From: Marsupella aquatica
Taxonomy: Eukaryota; Plantae; Marchantiophyta
Assembly (NCBI GenBank): GCA_973895155.1
Contig: OZ316891.1
Location: 19,803,048-19,867,047, forward strand
Length of the DNA stretch: 64,000 nt
Reading direction: 5' to 3'
Below, piece after piece: positions 52,630 to 63,567 of the stretch; the first letter of the stretch is position 1, and the number at the start of each line of letters is the position of its first letter. The position numbers and the translations under genes were made by a program. Under the pieces are notes generated by a model. It was not told where the DNA came from and made no database searches. It was given only the letters and a program-made list of their open reading frames with translations.

Positions 52630-54365
52630 AATGGGAGAGATTTCCAAAGAGCGGCCTGCGACCATAGAAAAGAAGAGGTACATGTCTCCTAAAAGACCTT
52701 TTGGTCCTGGTACCACGCGGTCTGAGAAGTCCCCAAATCCTAAGTTACCACCCAGGTCTATCAAGCATCGATGACAATGGACAGTTGAGGAGTTCTTGAA
52801 GGACCATGATTAAATATTTCCATAATGTCATTGGCTTACCCAATGTGCGAAGGATTCCAAAGGAGCTTAGTAGTGATGATGTGTTGCCTGAGGTGTTAGA
52901 GGAGTGTTTTGGGGTGAAGTTGGGGAAGAACGGCTACAAGAAGGAAGGCGTTAAGGGGATTCCTCCCGAGGACATTCACATGCTTAGCTACGCGTTGGAC
53001 AGAATGGGGAAATTCTAGCCATTCACTTTGGAGGTCGCCAGAGGTCTCTACTACAAGCGCATCTTGAAGAAACCCATGAACTGGGCAGCTTGTGGCCGGC
53101 CTGGCATGGACAAGCATAGAGGGCAGCTGAAGCGAAGGATTGTGCAAAATACTGAAGTTGACTTCAACTTGCCGCCATGGAAGAGGGTTGAGACTCTATA
53201 TATCCATCCTCCATATTTAATCTTCAATGGAGTCTCTGCTGCAAGTGGATCACATTGTCCGTCATCTCAATCATCTCATGCAGATGCCAAAACTAGTAAA
53301 GTGTGGTCATTTGACAAGGGTGCAAGAGGTAATTGTAGTGAATTGGAGATGCCGCTATTGAAGATGTCGTCTGATCATGAGGGTACTCCTGTCGACAGTC
53401 AAAACTTGAACTCGTCATACCAAGATGCAGTATCAAGCATGGAGATTCAATCAGCTATCGATCTGAGCATTAGAGGCAGGAGGGGATAGTGAGCATGGTC
53501 AAGTTGAAGATAGTCTCTTTGTCAACTAGACAAGGTACAGGAAATATTGAGAGAAGTCAAAGATATGATAGTTTTCCGGGAGAGACCACTGTAATCACTA
53601 CTAGCACACCGATTCGAAACCAGAAGCATTTTCTTCTTGAATCAATGTTGGAGGTAGTTCGGAGTAGTCTTCAGGAGGTTGGCCCTCAAATGGAGAAGGC
53701 TCGTCAGGATGCCAGTGAATACAAAACAAAGATGCAAAACATTATTGCTCAGCTCAGTTATGTTGAAAAGGAGTTGGCCACTTTGAAAGTTTTTAAAGTA
53801 CAACATGCGCAAGCCATCGACACGTTAGAAAGTAATATTTGTGCTAAGCTTGCAGAAAAAGCTCAAATTTCTGATGATTTGGCCATGTTGGAAGAGCCCG
53901 ATGAAGAGGATGCGGAAGGACCTGAAGATGAGGTATAGACTTCTCTTTCAAATCATTAGTAACTAATCTTAGATTTTGTTGTTCGGTTTTGAACTCTGCT
54001 CAAGTAATTGTGCTGCCAGACAGACTTGCAAATTAAGGGTGCATGTAATGGAGGCTCCATGATACTCTGTTTTTACTAAGTCGGTTGTGTTGGCCCAAAA
54101 TTTTGCAGGAAATATGCAAAAAATTGCGAGCAAAATTTCTGGCAAGCTGCAATGAAGCAACTCTATTGCAATGGAGCTTGGACTGCTAGGAGCTGAGGCA
54201 CACTATTCTATACTACACAAGCACAAGCAAAGATGGTCGAGTTGTCTAAGTTAGACGATGAAGAGTTCTTTGGGAAAAGCAACTTGAAAAAGCTAGAAGG
54301 ATCAACCAACACACTGACAGATTCCTATGATGCGCTCAGTGAGGTGTGCTCAAGACTAAAGGAGT
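52630..54365 (+). pseudogene. TE-associated unknown protein with a C-terminal coiled coil, interrupted by stops
   Basis: ORFs 52806-53018, 53028-53489 and 53489-53938 are collinear (ECFGVKLGKNGY...VARGLYYKRILKKPMNWA; then a heptad-rich E/K/Q/L region). Confidence 0.45.
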
Positions 54366-54780
54366 AGTTGAGTAAAGATGCAGTTTATGTATGCCCTGAT
54401 AGTATCCTTTGTCCATAATAGTCAGAGGAAAGTTATTTTCCCATTAACACGATTTGGACTAATTGAGAAGTGTGACACACTTCTCGTTTAGCCCGAACCT
54501 GTTTTGTTTTCTAAGACAATGCAAAGTGCAATAAAATGGGCGCCAAATTGAGAAAACATGAGTTCCTGCCATTGTGTCATCGTGGGAATACAGGGAGCGA
54601 TACGTGCATCGGGCTTGACATTGGTAAGTTTTGAAAGTCACCCAAACTCCCAACCGTGAGTAACTTGGCCCCAACCACGTAATCGGGGGTCGACCATGCA
54701 CTAACTCAAGCCTAATTGTGGTTAGGAGGAAAATTTAACAATGGTTAGGGAGAAAAAGTAACCATGGTTGGAGCGTCCAC

Positions 54781-54788
54781 TATATAAA
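54781..54788 (+). promoter_or_regulatory. Putative TATA box (TATATAAA) upstream of the palindrome array and F-box-like ORF
   Basis: ccacTATATAAAgagg, followed ~170 bp later by a donor-like CG|GTAAGG at ~54949. Confidence 0.45.
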
Positions 54789-54904
54789 GAGGAGCGAGTT
54801 GGCCATAAAAGGTTTATTCTCTGCCTGAGTGAGCAACATCTGTCCTAGAAGAATACCAAACTTCCATTGCATCATACATTCATATCAGTCCTTCTCTTGA
54901 AACA

Positions 54905-55288
54905 CCGATAAATTTATCGGAACTTGCATTCCAGTTTGAGTATTCTCGGTAAGGGTCTCATCGCGAGCTCTTTAATCGCTGTCAATGCAAGGAGATTCTA
55001 GTGAACATGCGATAAATTTATTGCAGTTCACATTGCTCTGTTGGATTAAGAACCCGTAGAATATGCGATAAATTTATTGCAATCCGCATTCCTATCTTAG
55101 TTTTGGAGCGGGCGATAAATTTATCGCAGTTTGCATTCCTCTGTTAGGATCATGATCCTGGAGAATGTGCGATAAATTTATCGCATTTTATATTCCTCTG
55201 TTAGATTCTAGATCATATGTGACTCACATTGTTATGGTAAATTGACGACTAGTTGGAGATAAATGCAAAGTGCGATAAAGTTATCGCA
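54905..55288. repeat. Array of six 16-bp palindromes GCGATAAATTTATCGC in degenerate ~47-57-bp units
   Basis: Copies at 54905, 55009, 55065, 55112, 55169 and 55272; degenerate outliers at ~56524, ~57620 and ~57806. Confidence 0.9.
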
Positions 55289-55933
55289 CACTCGCACATT
55301 TTTGTTCCTAGGACTAATCCTAATTGTTGTACTTGTTATGCAGAGTTCTGTAAGAAGTAAGAAGACAGTTGCTTGGTGAATGAAAGGTACAATTACAAAT
55401 GGCCGTCGAAGTTCAAAATAGGGCAAAACATGGACGTCGTTTTACAAAAGTTCAACGTAAAGTTCTTCTGCTTGGTTTGGGAGCGTTGTGGATGGGTGGC
55501 TCTATTCCTGAAGTAGGTTGAATCCGCTACGGATTGAGTTTTGCAGAATGAATGAGGAAGGGATTCCAATTTGTTTGAGGCTGATGTTGGCAGTGTGTAT
55601 ACAATCTCTGGCGTTTTCTTGTAACTTTTGCTGTAGGCGTCTAAGCAACAAGTACCATAAATTGGCATACTTGTGTTGTCAGATTTGGAACAACGATCCT
55701 TGGGTGAACCTTGCACACTGAACATTGCGTTCTTGATGCGTTTTGTAAGGACACCTTTTTTGAACATGATTTCTTAAAGACAAGATTCTAACTCTACCCA
55801 TGTAAAATGAATGGACTACAATTGAGTCCTAATCTTCAGTCCGTGATTGTCTTGCAGGATTGCTAGTGTGGGTATCATCAACTACACTTGGTGACTTGCG
55901 GTACTTTTCTGGTGTCATTAGCACGACTGCTTA

Positions 55934-56506
55934 ATGGCTGTGTCAGAGAACCTACTGGTTTCAAAGTTAGCCTACCTATTGGAGAAGGAAAAGAAGAAAC
56001 ATATTGCTGGAAAAGTGTCTGGCATGGAATCCGGAAGTTTGTTGGATGGACTTCCTGATCAACTCGTTGAGTCTCGCATTTGGCCTATCCTCAAATTGTC
56101 GTGCACAGAAGACGAGTATATTGATGTCAAGATTTCAGTTGAAGAACGATTTGATCGGATAAGAACAATCATTTGTCTCGGATCAACGTCAAAGAAATGG
56201 AACCATCTTGTCATTGGTACACAAAATTGGTGCATACTGAAATTAGCAACTGAAGAGATTAACGGAATAAACAAATTGCTAAGAACAATTCTGAATGCTA
56301 CCGTTCTCTCTAATCTTCATATCGCAAGGGTTTTCCGAGAGGAAACTCATTGGATCCCTCCAATTGATCTGGTTGGATGCCTTTTGGATGAAAATGTGGT
56401 TTCGTGGAGTTTGGCACAATCTAGGAGAAAGTGGGAAGATGACACTTATGGGGATGTATGGAGACATTTAAGGAGGACCATATGGTTGTTTAGGATCACC
56501 GGATAA
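55934..56506 (+). CDS. 190-aa protein with an F-box-like motif; intact ORF within the decayed cassette
   Basis: SLLDGLPDQLVESRIWPIL...LGSTSKKWNHLV resembles the F-box pattern (L.GLPD.L...I...L...V.K.W..L) with an insertion. Confidence 0.5.
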   Translation: MAVSENLLVSKLAYLLEKEKKKHIAGKVSGMESGSLLDGLPDQLVESRIWPILKLSCTEDEYIDVKISVEERFDRIRTIICLGSTSKKWNHLVIGTQNWCILKLATEEINGINKLLRTILNATVLSNLHIARVFREETHWIPPIDLVGCLLDENVVSWSLAQSRRKWEDDTYGDVWRHLRRTIWLFRITG

Positions 56507-56799
56507 GGGATCCCAATGAAGTTGCGATAATTTTATGGCAGTTCACTTTTCATTGTTCCAATTGATGGTTTGCTCGAGAAGAGCTTTTTGTAAGGAACCT
56601 TTTAAATGTGAAGGGCCCTTGGCTGACTTTGTGCTCTGTACGTGGTCCAGTTTGTTGCGGATCAACTGCTGCCGATTGCCTCACACATGGATTGACTTTG
56701 CTGCTCATTTTATAAGGTATGATAGAGTTTGGAATGTTTATGCACTCACATCTCATAACCTTGTAAAAGCGGCCTACATAAATGTTTTCTAAAATTTGC

Positions 56800-57548
56800 T
56801 CATGAATTCCCTTCAATGACCAGGCCATGCTCGAGTGTCGCATTTATGTACCCTGGAGAAATCCTCCAGAATGGGGCAATGGTGCCGTATTTGATCAGTT
56901 GAGGAGGCTCGATCAATCACTTATTTTGAAGATTTTGAGGCTAATTGTCAAACCATTCGATCAAAATAAATATCACTTTTACCTTGACCACAAAGAGGGG
57001 ATAATTTATATCCGGTGGGATAGATATATTTCATGGTGTAAGAGCATTGTCCTGCTCTTCCTCAAACCGGTGTTGTCACACGCCTTATTCTGCACTATTG
57101 TCATGTTGTGAAGGGTAATCCTGATTATGAACCGGAATTCTATGCCAAGAACAAACGTAAAGCATTTGATGAGATCCAGGATGTGATTGACCAGCTAGAC
57201 AATCCTCTTGCCACCGAGTTTGTTATTGACACTGGTGGGAGACTATAGTCATACCGGACCTGTGAAATCCCCCCTCGGCCTCTTTGTGCATTATTTAGGT
57301 TAGTTTATGTATCTTGTTTAAGGACAAATGTCCTTGACAATGGTGAGATGTGTGAGTGTTGCACAAATGCCTGTTGTGACATTCCGTCACGCCGCTATTC
57401 AGTAGTTGTAGTTAATCCTGAGACCGGTGCCACAGATTTTCATTGGTTGTGGGCCTATGATCATAGGATCACTCATATACCCCAATGGCCCAAGAAGCTA
57501 ATCTCTCGCTACGCTGTAGCACGGTTTGATATTGGAAGGGATGATTGA
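56800..57548 (+). pseudogene. Unknown spliced gene remnant with a Cys cluster (CECCTNACC)
   Basis: ORFs 56827-57111 and 57348-57548 with intervening coding-like sequence, a donor-like GT at ~57037 and one in-frame stop. Confidence 0.35.
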
Positions 57549-57856
57549 TTAGGCACATTATCACATGTACACTCGGCCGTCAATTTAAAAAAGGCTTACT
57601 TTTTGTTTGGACTACTTTTGCGATAATTTTATTGGTGTTGGTATGATTATACTGAAACTTGAATGACCCCATCTTGAAGTTGAGCAATAAAATGATCGTT
57701 GTTTGCATTGCGGGTCTCTTGTCCTTATGTTTGTCATTCCAAGGTTCAATGAATGTGTTATGAGATGTCGTGTAACATTTCCACGTGTGCTATGAGATTG
57801 GCAACAATAATTTTATTGCTCTTTGCATTGGGATATGTTTATTTGCAAACTTTGCC

Positions 57857-58303
57857 ATGGCTGCTAGTGGAAAGAGTAGATCTGCCAAGGCTGAAAGTCT
57901 CATGACAAGCCTCACCAATGCAATTTAGACGAGTGAAGACATTTGTGAAGAGGTCAAGTGTATCAAGAAGCCATGGTACTTCCGTGACGCCAGATTATAG
58001 TCCATGGGTTTCCAAGATTGTGATACCCCAATCCTTTGGGTCCAGTTGCAAAAATCTGCAAAGGTTAATGTTTTGTATGGCCCTGTGATTGCTGTGGCCG
58101 TCTGTGAGTTCATGGTTGGCCACAGGGAGGGAAAAGTGTTGACAGAGGGCCTTAGTTTCTTGATAATGTGTGGATGCAAGGGTTTCACATCTCTCATTGT
58201 TAATCTCAACAACTTTGATGAGAAATCTGTTGACAGTTATCCAAAAGATCTCCTTGTCGCAGAAGTTTGGGCAGCAAGTGTCAGACCCTTGCTTCTGAGC
58301 TAA
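57857..58303 (+). pseudogene. Unknown gene remnant (MAASGKSRSAKAE...), two in-frame stops
   Basis: Reading frame continues through two TAG stops into ORF 58004-58303. Confidence 0.35.
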
Positions 58304-59339
58304 TAAGCCTTATTGTACCAAAAGCTTGCATTTGATAGCTAGCTTTATCACCAGGAACTACGGGAGGGACGCTCCATAAGAAGGAACTACCTCTATTTCC
58401 ATTAAGCCTTTGCTTCTCGTTGAGACTGTGCAAATGTATTTGGTTTCCATCACCAGAAATGGGTATTTTTTGGTTTCCACCGCTGGAAATGTCCCCTACC
58501 CGGCAAAACAACTAATCTAGGTCTCCCCTACCCAAAGAGAAGACTTCTGGACTAACAAAGATCATATAAGCAACATGCTAGACCACAAAGGCCTCAAGAT
58601 TTCAGATAAGTGCACATCACAATTTCTTTCCCAAAAATGCACTGAAATTTCATAAGAATTTCAAAGGAAGTACATGGGTAGGTTGTCACTACCTACTTGC
58701 TATACTTTAGCTTCTTCAACTCCTACTACTTAACACTATGGTCCTTTCAAGCCTCAAGGCATACACTTGAGTTCTAGTACCCCTAGAACATCTACCTTAG
58801 TTCCCCTAAGGTCTCTTAGTGCTACTCCTTGATTCTCCATACTTGGACGCACACAAAGTAACTCACACCAACTTAAGTACTCCTTGCTTGGCTCCAACTC
58901 ATCACAAAGTCCAAAACCACCCAAAAGCCAGCAAGTGACTCACCACTAAAAAAAGACCAGCCCACCTTTCAAGGGGTTCAAAGATCCTTACTTCTCCTCC
59001 TAACTATCTCACTAACTCACTTATTTGTCTTATCTAACTAATGAGCTAGTTGGTGACCTTTTGAAAGCCTAAATCAACTCCTTGATTTCAGCCCTTCATT
59101 CAGGTCCACCTCACCTCCTGACTTGGCTGTCCTATCCCTCCAAATCAGGAACTAAGTCAGCCTCCAATTAAAGTATAGTCATCCCTATCTACCAAATAGC
59201 TCTAAAAATAGTAGAGGGATCAACTTCCAATGACCCTCCAAGTTCCTCCAAAGTCTCCATGTAACTCAGGTCCTTAGGTACCCTTCATGTTGGCTTTAAG
59301 GACTCCACTCCTTAACCTCCTCATTCCTGGACTCCAGAA

Positions 59340-59700
59340 CCATCCTAGGTCCCCTTGTCATGAAAGAGCCCTTCTCTAGGCCTCACCCATCCAATTAGGG
59401 CCTTGCAAATGACCCAAGCATGGTACTTCCTTATTGTATGGGTTAGTGGCTTGGTAATCTGGTTGTCCTCTCTGAAATGCTTGAGGTACACCTTGGTGAA
59501 AGCCCTCAGATTTGAACTTCTGCCCTTCTTGTCCACCTTTGAGCAAGCTAGGTATTGGGCCAGCCAAATGTTGGGGTCAGCATGTGTTCTCCCATGCTTA
59601 CTCTACAAGGTGAACTTAGCCTTGTGGACCAAGGGAGGAAAATGCTGCTCAGGAAGCCCTCTTGGATCAGGAACTCTGGGATCAACCAAATATGCACTTT
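59340..59700 (-). mobile_element. Gypsy pol (RT-RNase H connection) remnant
   Basis: LRAFTKVYLKHFREDNQITKPLTHTIRKYHAWV resembles VRAFLGL..YYRRF...IAKPLT.L.RK...W.W. Confidence 0.55.
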
Positions 59701-59868
59701 GATTGTAGTCCCACTTGACCTCCTTTTAGAGCGTAAATACGATCAAAACCTCTCAAGTAGCCAACAAAATAAAACTATTATAGAACCTGATTTCCAGGAG
59801 AATCTTAATGAACTCCCTTAGAATCCTCCTAGCTCGTGCCAGCCTCTAGCCACCTTCAATAGCTTTCC

Positions 59869-60060
59869 TGTTGTGATATAGGATTCATACATAGTTGGAG
59901 AGGGAGAGAGATTGAATGAATGTATTAATGAATGTATGAATGAATGAATGAATCACTCGGTTGGGGATCAACCGAGTGTATATATAGTGTCTTGAGGTAA
60001 CCATGGTAAAGGTAACCTCCTAGTCTGGTCTAGGACTAGTTACCTCATAACACTCCCCCT
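59869..60060 (-). mobile_element. 3' LTR (59869-60052, 184 bp) plus polypurine tract of a Copia-type element
   Basis: On the minus strand, PPT AGGGGGAG (60060-60053) is immediately followed by TGTTATG...CACAACA; internal TATATATA and (TTCA)n. Confidence 0.75.
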
Positions 60061-60314
60061 TGGCTACATAATGGGAGTTATGGAGATAATCTAGACTAGT
60101 CCTAGAACTAGGTAAGAGAAATCTATGATATTTTTCCCCGTGACAGGAAACAATAGTAACAATCATAACAGGAAAAAGAGAGGAACAAAATAGGAGATTT
60201 GGTACTAGCATACACAAAAGATGACATAATTACCGACAAAAAAGGAGACCAATTTCAATAGGAACTCCAATATGTTTAGAGTTCTATCTAGCAATTATGG
60301 AAAGACAAGTTTTA

Positions 60315-61170
60315 CTAGCGCCGAGCACTAACCAAGAGTTTGTTGCCGTTCAAAACAACATTAACAAAATATCCGTTCAATGTATCGTCGAATGATCCAA
60401 ATTTGTATAAACCATTCAGATTCTCCCTTCCTACGATGACCTGGAGTTCTCCGACATTCAAAATTGGCTGGCTTGGTAAGACCGAATCCATCGGATCAAG
60501 CTTAAAGATTGTTTTGTCAGAGGGTTTTCCATCTGACAGGAACCAGATTCCAGTAAAAGGAAACAACCAATTTCAACAATAAAAAAGCAACTAATAGTAT
60601 TCGCAGCATATTTGGAGGACACTAGAAAAAAGAGAGTTGAAAGACACAATTTTACAGAGGCGGGTTTACATAATTGTGGAGGAGAATAGAACATATATTA
60701 GTAGCGCCAGGTGCTAGCGACACACGCTACTTGAAAAAGAAATTACATTGATATCCAAAAGGTAATAAAAGTCCATAACCTTCGAGAAAAAGAAATAACC
60801 CTAATAACATACTCAAAAAACCTAATGCGATAATGAAACCTGAAAAGCTCACACGTCCGGTGTCTGCTTGGATGTCTCTGAAAAAAGCTATCCTTTCCAC
60901 CCGATACACATTGGAAGGATCCGGGTCGTGAACAGAGAACCTCTCTCGGAAAGGAAGTGGAGGCGAAGGATCACACGACAGAAGGTGTCCAGTTCTTGTG
61001 GCTAATACCCTCATCTGGGGCCAGCCACAACCTGTTCCTCTCGGTCGACGTCTCTGGGCACTGAGTAAAAGATGGAGTCAAATCTAAACCCGGATCTCTA
61101 ATCGACCTCCAAACCATCACCTTTGGCGGATTGCGGCTCTCCAATTTTGCTATTTGCTTCCCCTTATCCA
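60315..61170 (-). pseudogene. Unknown gene remnant downstream of the methyltransferase-like gene (MDKGKQIAKLESRNPP...)
   Basis: Collinear ORFs 60971-61282, 60727-61014 and 60315-60566 with a frameshift and possible introns; no recognised domain. Confidence 0.35.
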
Positions 61171-63567
61171 TTGAGTTGATGGAAACAACAGATGCAAAAC
61201 TCAGGGAGAAGAGAAAAGGTGAGTCCGGGCAGACCAGAAACGAAATGAAGGGAAGAGGTGAGTCTGGGCAGTGCACAAACAAAACAAAGGGAAGAGGTGA
61301 GTCGGCGCCTCATAGAAATGAAAGGGAGAAATGCATTTAGGGTTGAACAAAAACGAAGTTGAACAAACCCAAAGTTGAACAAACACTACACTTTGAGAGA
61401 GTCCAAACGATAATATCAACCACAAACAAAAATACATACAGACTGAAGGTATAATTATTCACCGTACAACTGTACGAGTACATGCATTTCTGATATCTGC
61501 ACAAATATGCACTCAGGAAAGAGACTTCGGGTGCGTCTATCTCCTTTAAAGGCTTAGATCCGAACATCCAATTTAATAGCGTCGGGCGCTAGTACAAGGT
61601 TCCAAAGAAAACCTTAGAAATTCACACTCAACCTACTCCAAGTCAGAAGACTCGGACTCGCTACTGCCAGACCTATCGGTAGACTCGGCTTCATCATCTA
61701 TAAATTCGCTTCTAGGTCCATCGTTGAGTAAAGGCTGATGGATGAATTTCCTATCTGAACCTCTCCTTAACCTTAAGCCCTTACTCTCCCAAGTAAGTGT
61801 TCTCCTCTGTTCTTCTTTTCGTGCAGCATATTCTGCATACGAGGGCAACACAAAAGGCTTCTGAGGAGAAACGAGAACTTTTTTGGAGTATTTCCTCTGA
61901 AGATTAAAATGTTCTTGAAGATTCCACTCCGATCTGGAAGAGGAACGGAACCACATTAGAATTGAAAATGAAAATGGGACAGTTCCAGAATCGATAATGT
62001 AAAGTGAAGTAGCTTACGGGCATTACTTAGAAGAATCTGAATCTTCTGTTTCTTCCGTCATATGCCTCTCCTTCTCATTTTGTTCATTTTCCTCTTGTTG
62101 TCCTCCTGAAGCATCATCTCCAACAGTATCTCCCTCCTGTTCATCTTCAGAGTCAAAATTTAAGACAGAGCAAACTTTATCTTTTTGTTTTCTTCCCACA
62201 TCTTTAGCGGGAGATGAGCAACTGACATCTTTTGGAATCAATAACTCCATCCATGTCTTTTCCGCAATCTCAACAAACTCTTTTCGGCTTTCTATAACAA
62301 GAATAAAACGACCACAATAGTCACCAACAACAAATGTACTTCCCGAACCAACAGTCCAGTCCATGACAATGTCACCCGGCCGAGTGATTAACTCTAACAC
62401 AGATTGCATGAACCCAACGGACAAGCGTCCATTGCCAACAAACACTGCTAAAGGAGTTGGATCCTTCCTCACACTCGGGAGACCAATAAGGTTAGTGATA
62501 GAAGGATCTTCAGTTGCAGAGAGGGGTCAAAACTTGGGGTCCTTTGGAACCTTAACCTTTGACGAAACACGACTGAACAGATCCAATCTCAATGTGAAAA
62601 CCTATGAAATCCCAAGAAAGTCCTTTGTTAAGATGCCGACGATCCAACTAGAAAATCATTACAATCACGACATAACAATGAATTTTGGATAGCGCCAGGC
62701 GCTAACAAAGAATATCCCCTTAACCGAAGGGTATATGAAAACATTTTTAGCTAGCGCTCGGCTCTAACAAAGGACAGCACAAAGAGTGAGATAATTTACC
62801 TGACAATCACTTCGGGCCATGTACATTGGAACTCCCATAACCACGTTCAGGGTTTTCACACACTGAAACTTTTGAGACTCCTGGCTCCCGGCGATGACCT
62901 GCAAGATCTGATCATACTCGCCGGTATGCAAAATGGCCAATATACCATCATCTGCTAGAAAGGGGTCCAATGCGTGAAAGAATGAACCAACAATTCTGTG
63001 ATCTGGGGAATTCTATTTTGGACACTTCTTCTCTAAAAGGGATGGGCGCAGTCCAGTTGGGAGGTAAACGAATCCAGCATCAACTCCAAATGATCTTATC
63101 TTTCCTCCTCTTATGACTCCTTTCTCCCTTAGACCAAGCAAGACCAGGTCTTTCACCCACTTCTCCACATTTGACACCCAAGCCGGTTTCTGCTCTTTCG
63201 TGAACACACTCTCAAAGAAGTCCATTACGCTGGACTCAACAAAAACATGCCTAGAAGTCTTAGACTTGAACTATCCAACATCTCGTTGAACACCAGTAGA
63301 AGCGACCGAATCCCGAGAGGAAAATCCATGATCCGAATATTTTATTTTCTTCATGCAGGTGGCATCTGCTGGTCGCACCATCTTCTCCGTGTTGGAAGGA
63401 GTCTGTTTATCAGGGACATCTTGTTCCCCCATATCAGCTTCAGAGATGCTAGGAGTGATAGTTGTCTTTGCATCTTGTGTTTCTTCTCCATCCGATTTCC
63501 GTCCACCTAGAAAAAGATACAAAAGTTTCCAAGATTACGGTCCACATAACACCAGCGTCGGGCGCTA
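60316..63567. repeat. Six dispersed copies of the 15-bp palindrome TAGCGCCNGGCGCTA
   Basis: 60316-60330, 60702-60716, 61577-61591, 62690-62704 (perfect), 62752-62766 and 63553-63567. Confidence 0.85.

Noticed and set aside
54905-55288. Palindromic repeats with spacers resembling a CRISPR array
   Set aside because: Spacers are homologous to one another (cattcctctgtt...), repeats are only 16 bp, no cas genes are present and the context is eukaryotic; kept as a palindromic tandem array.
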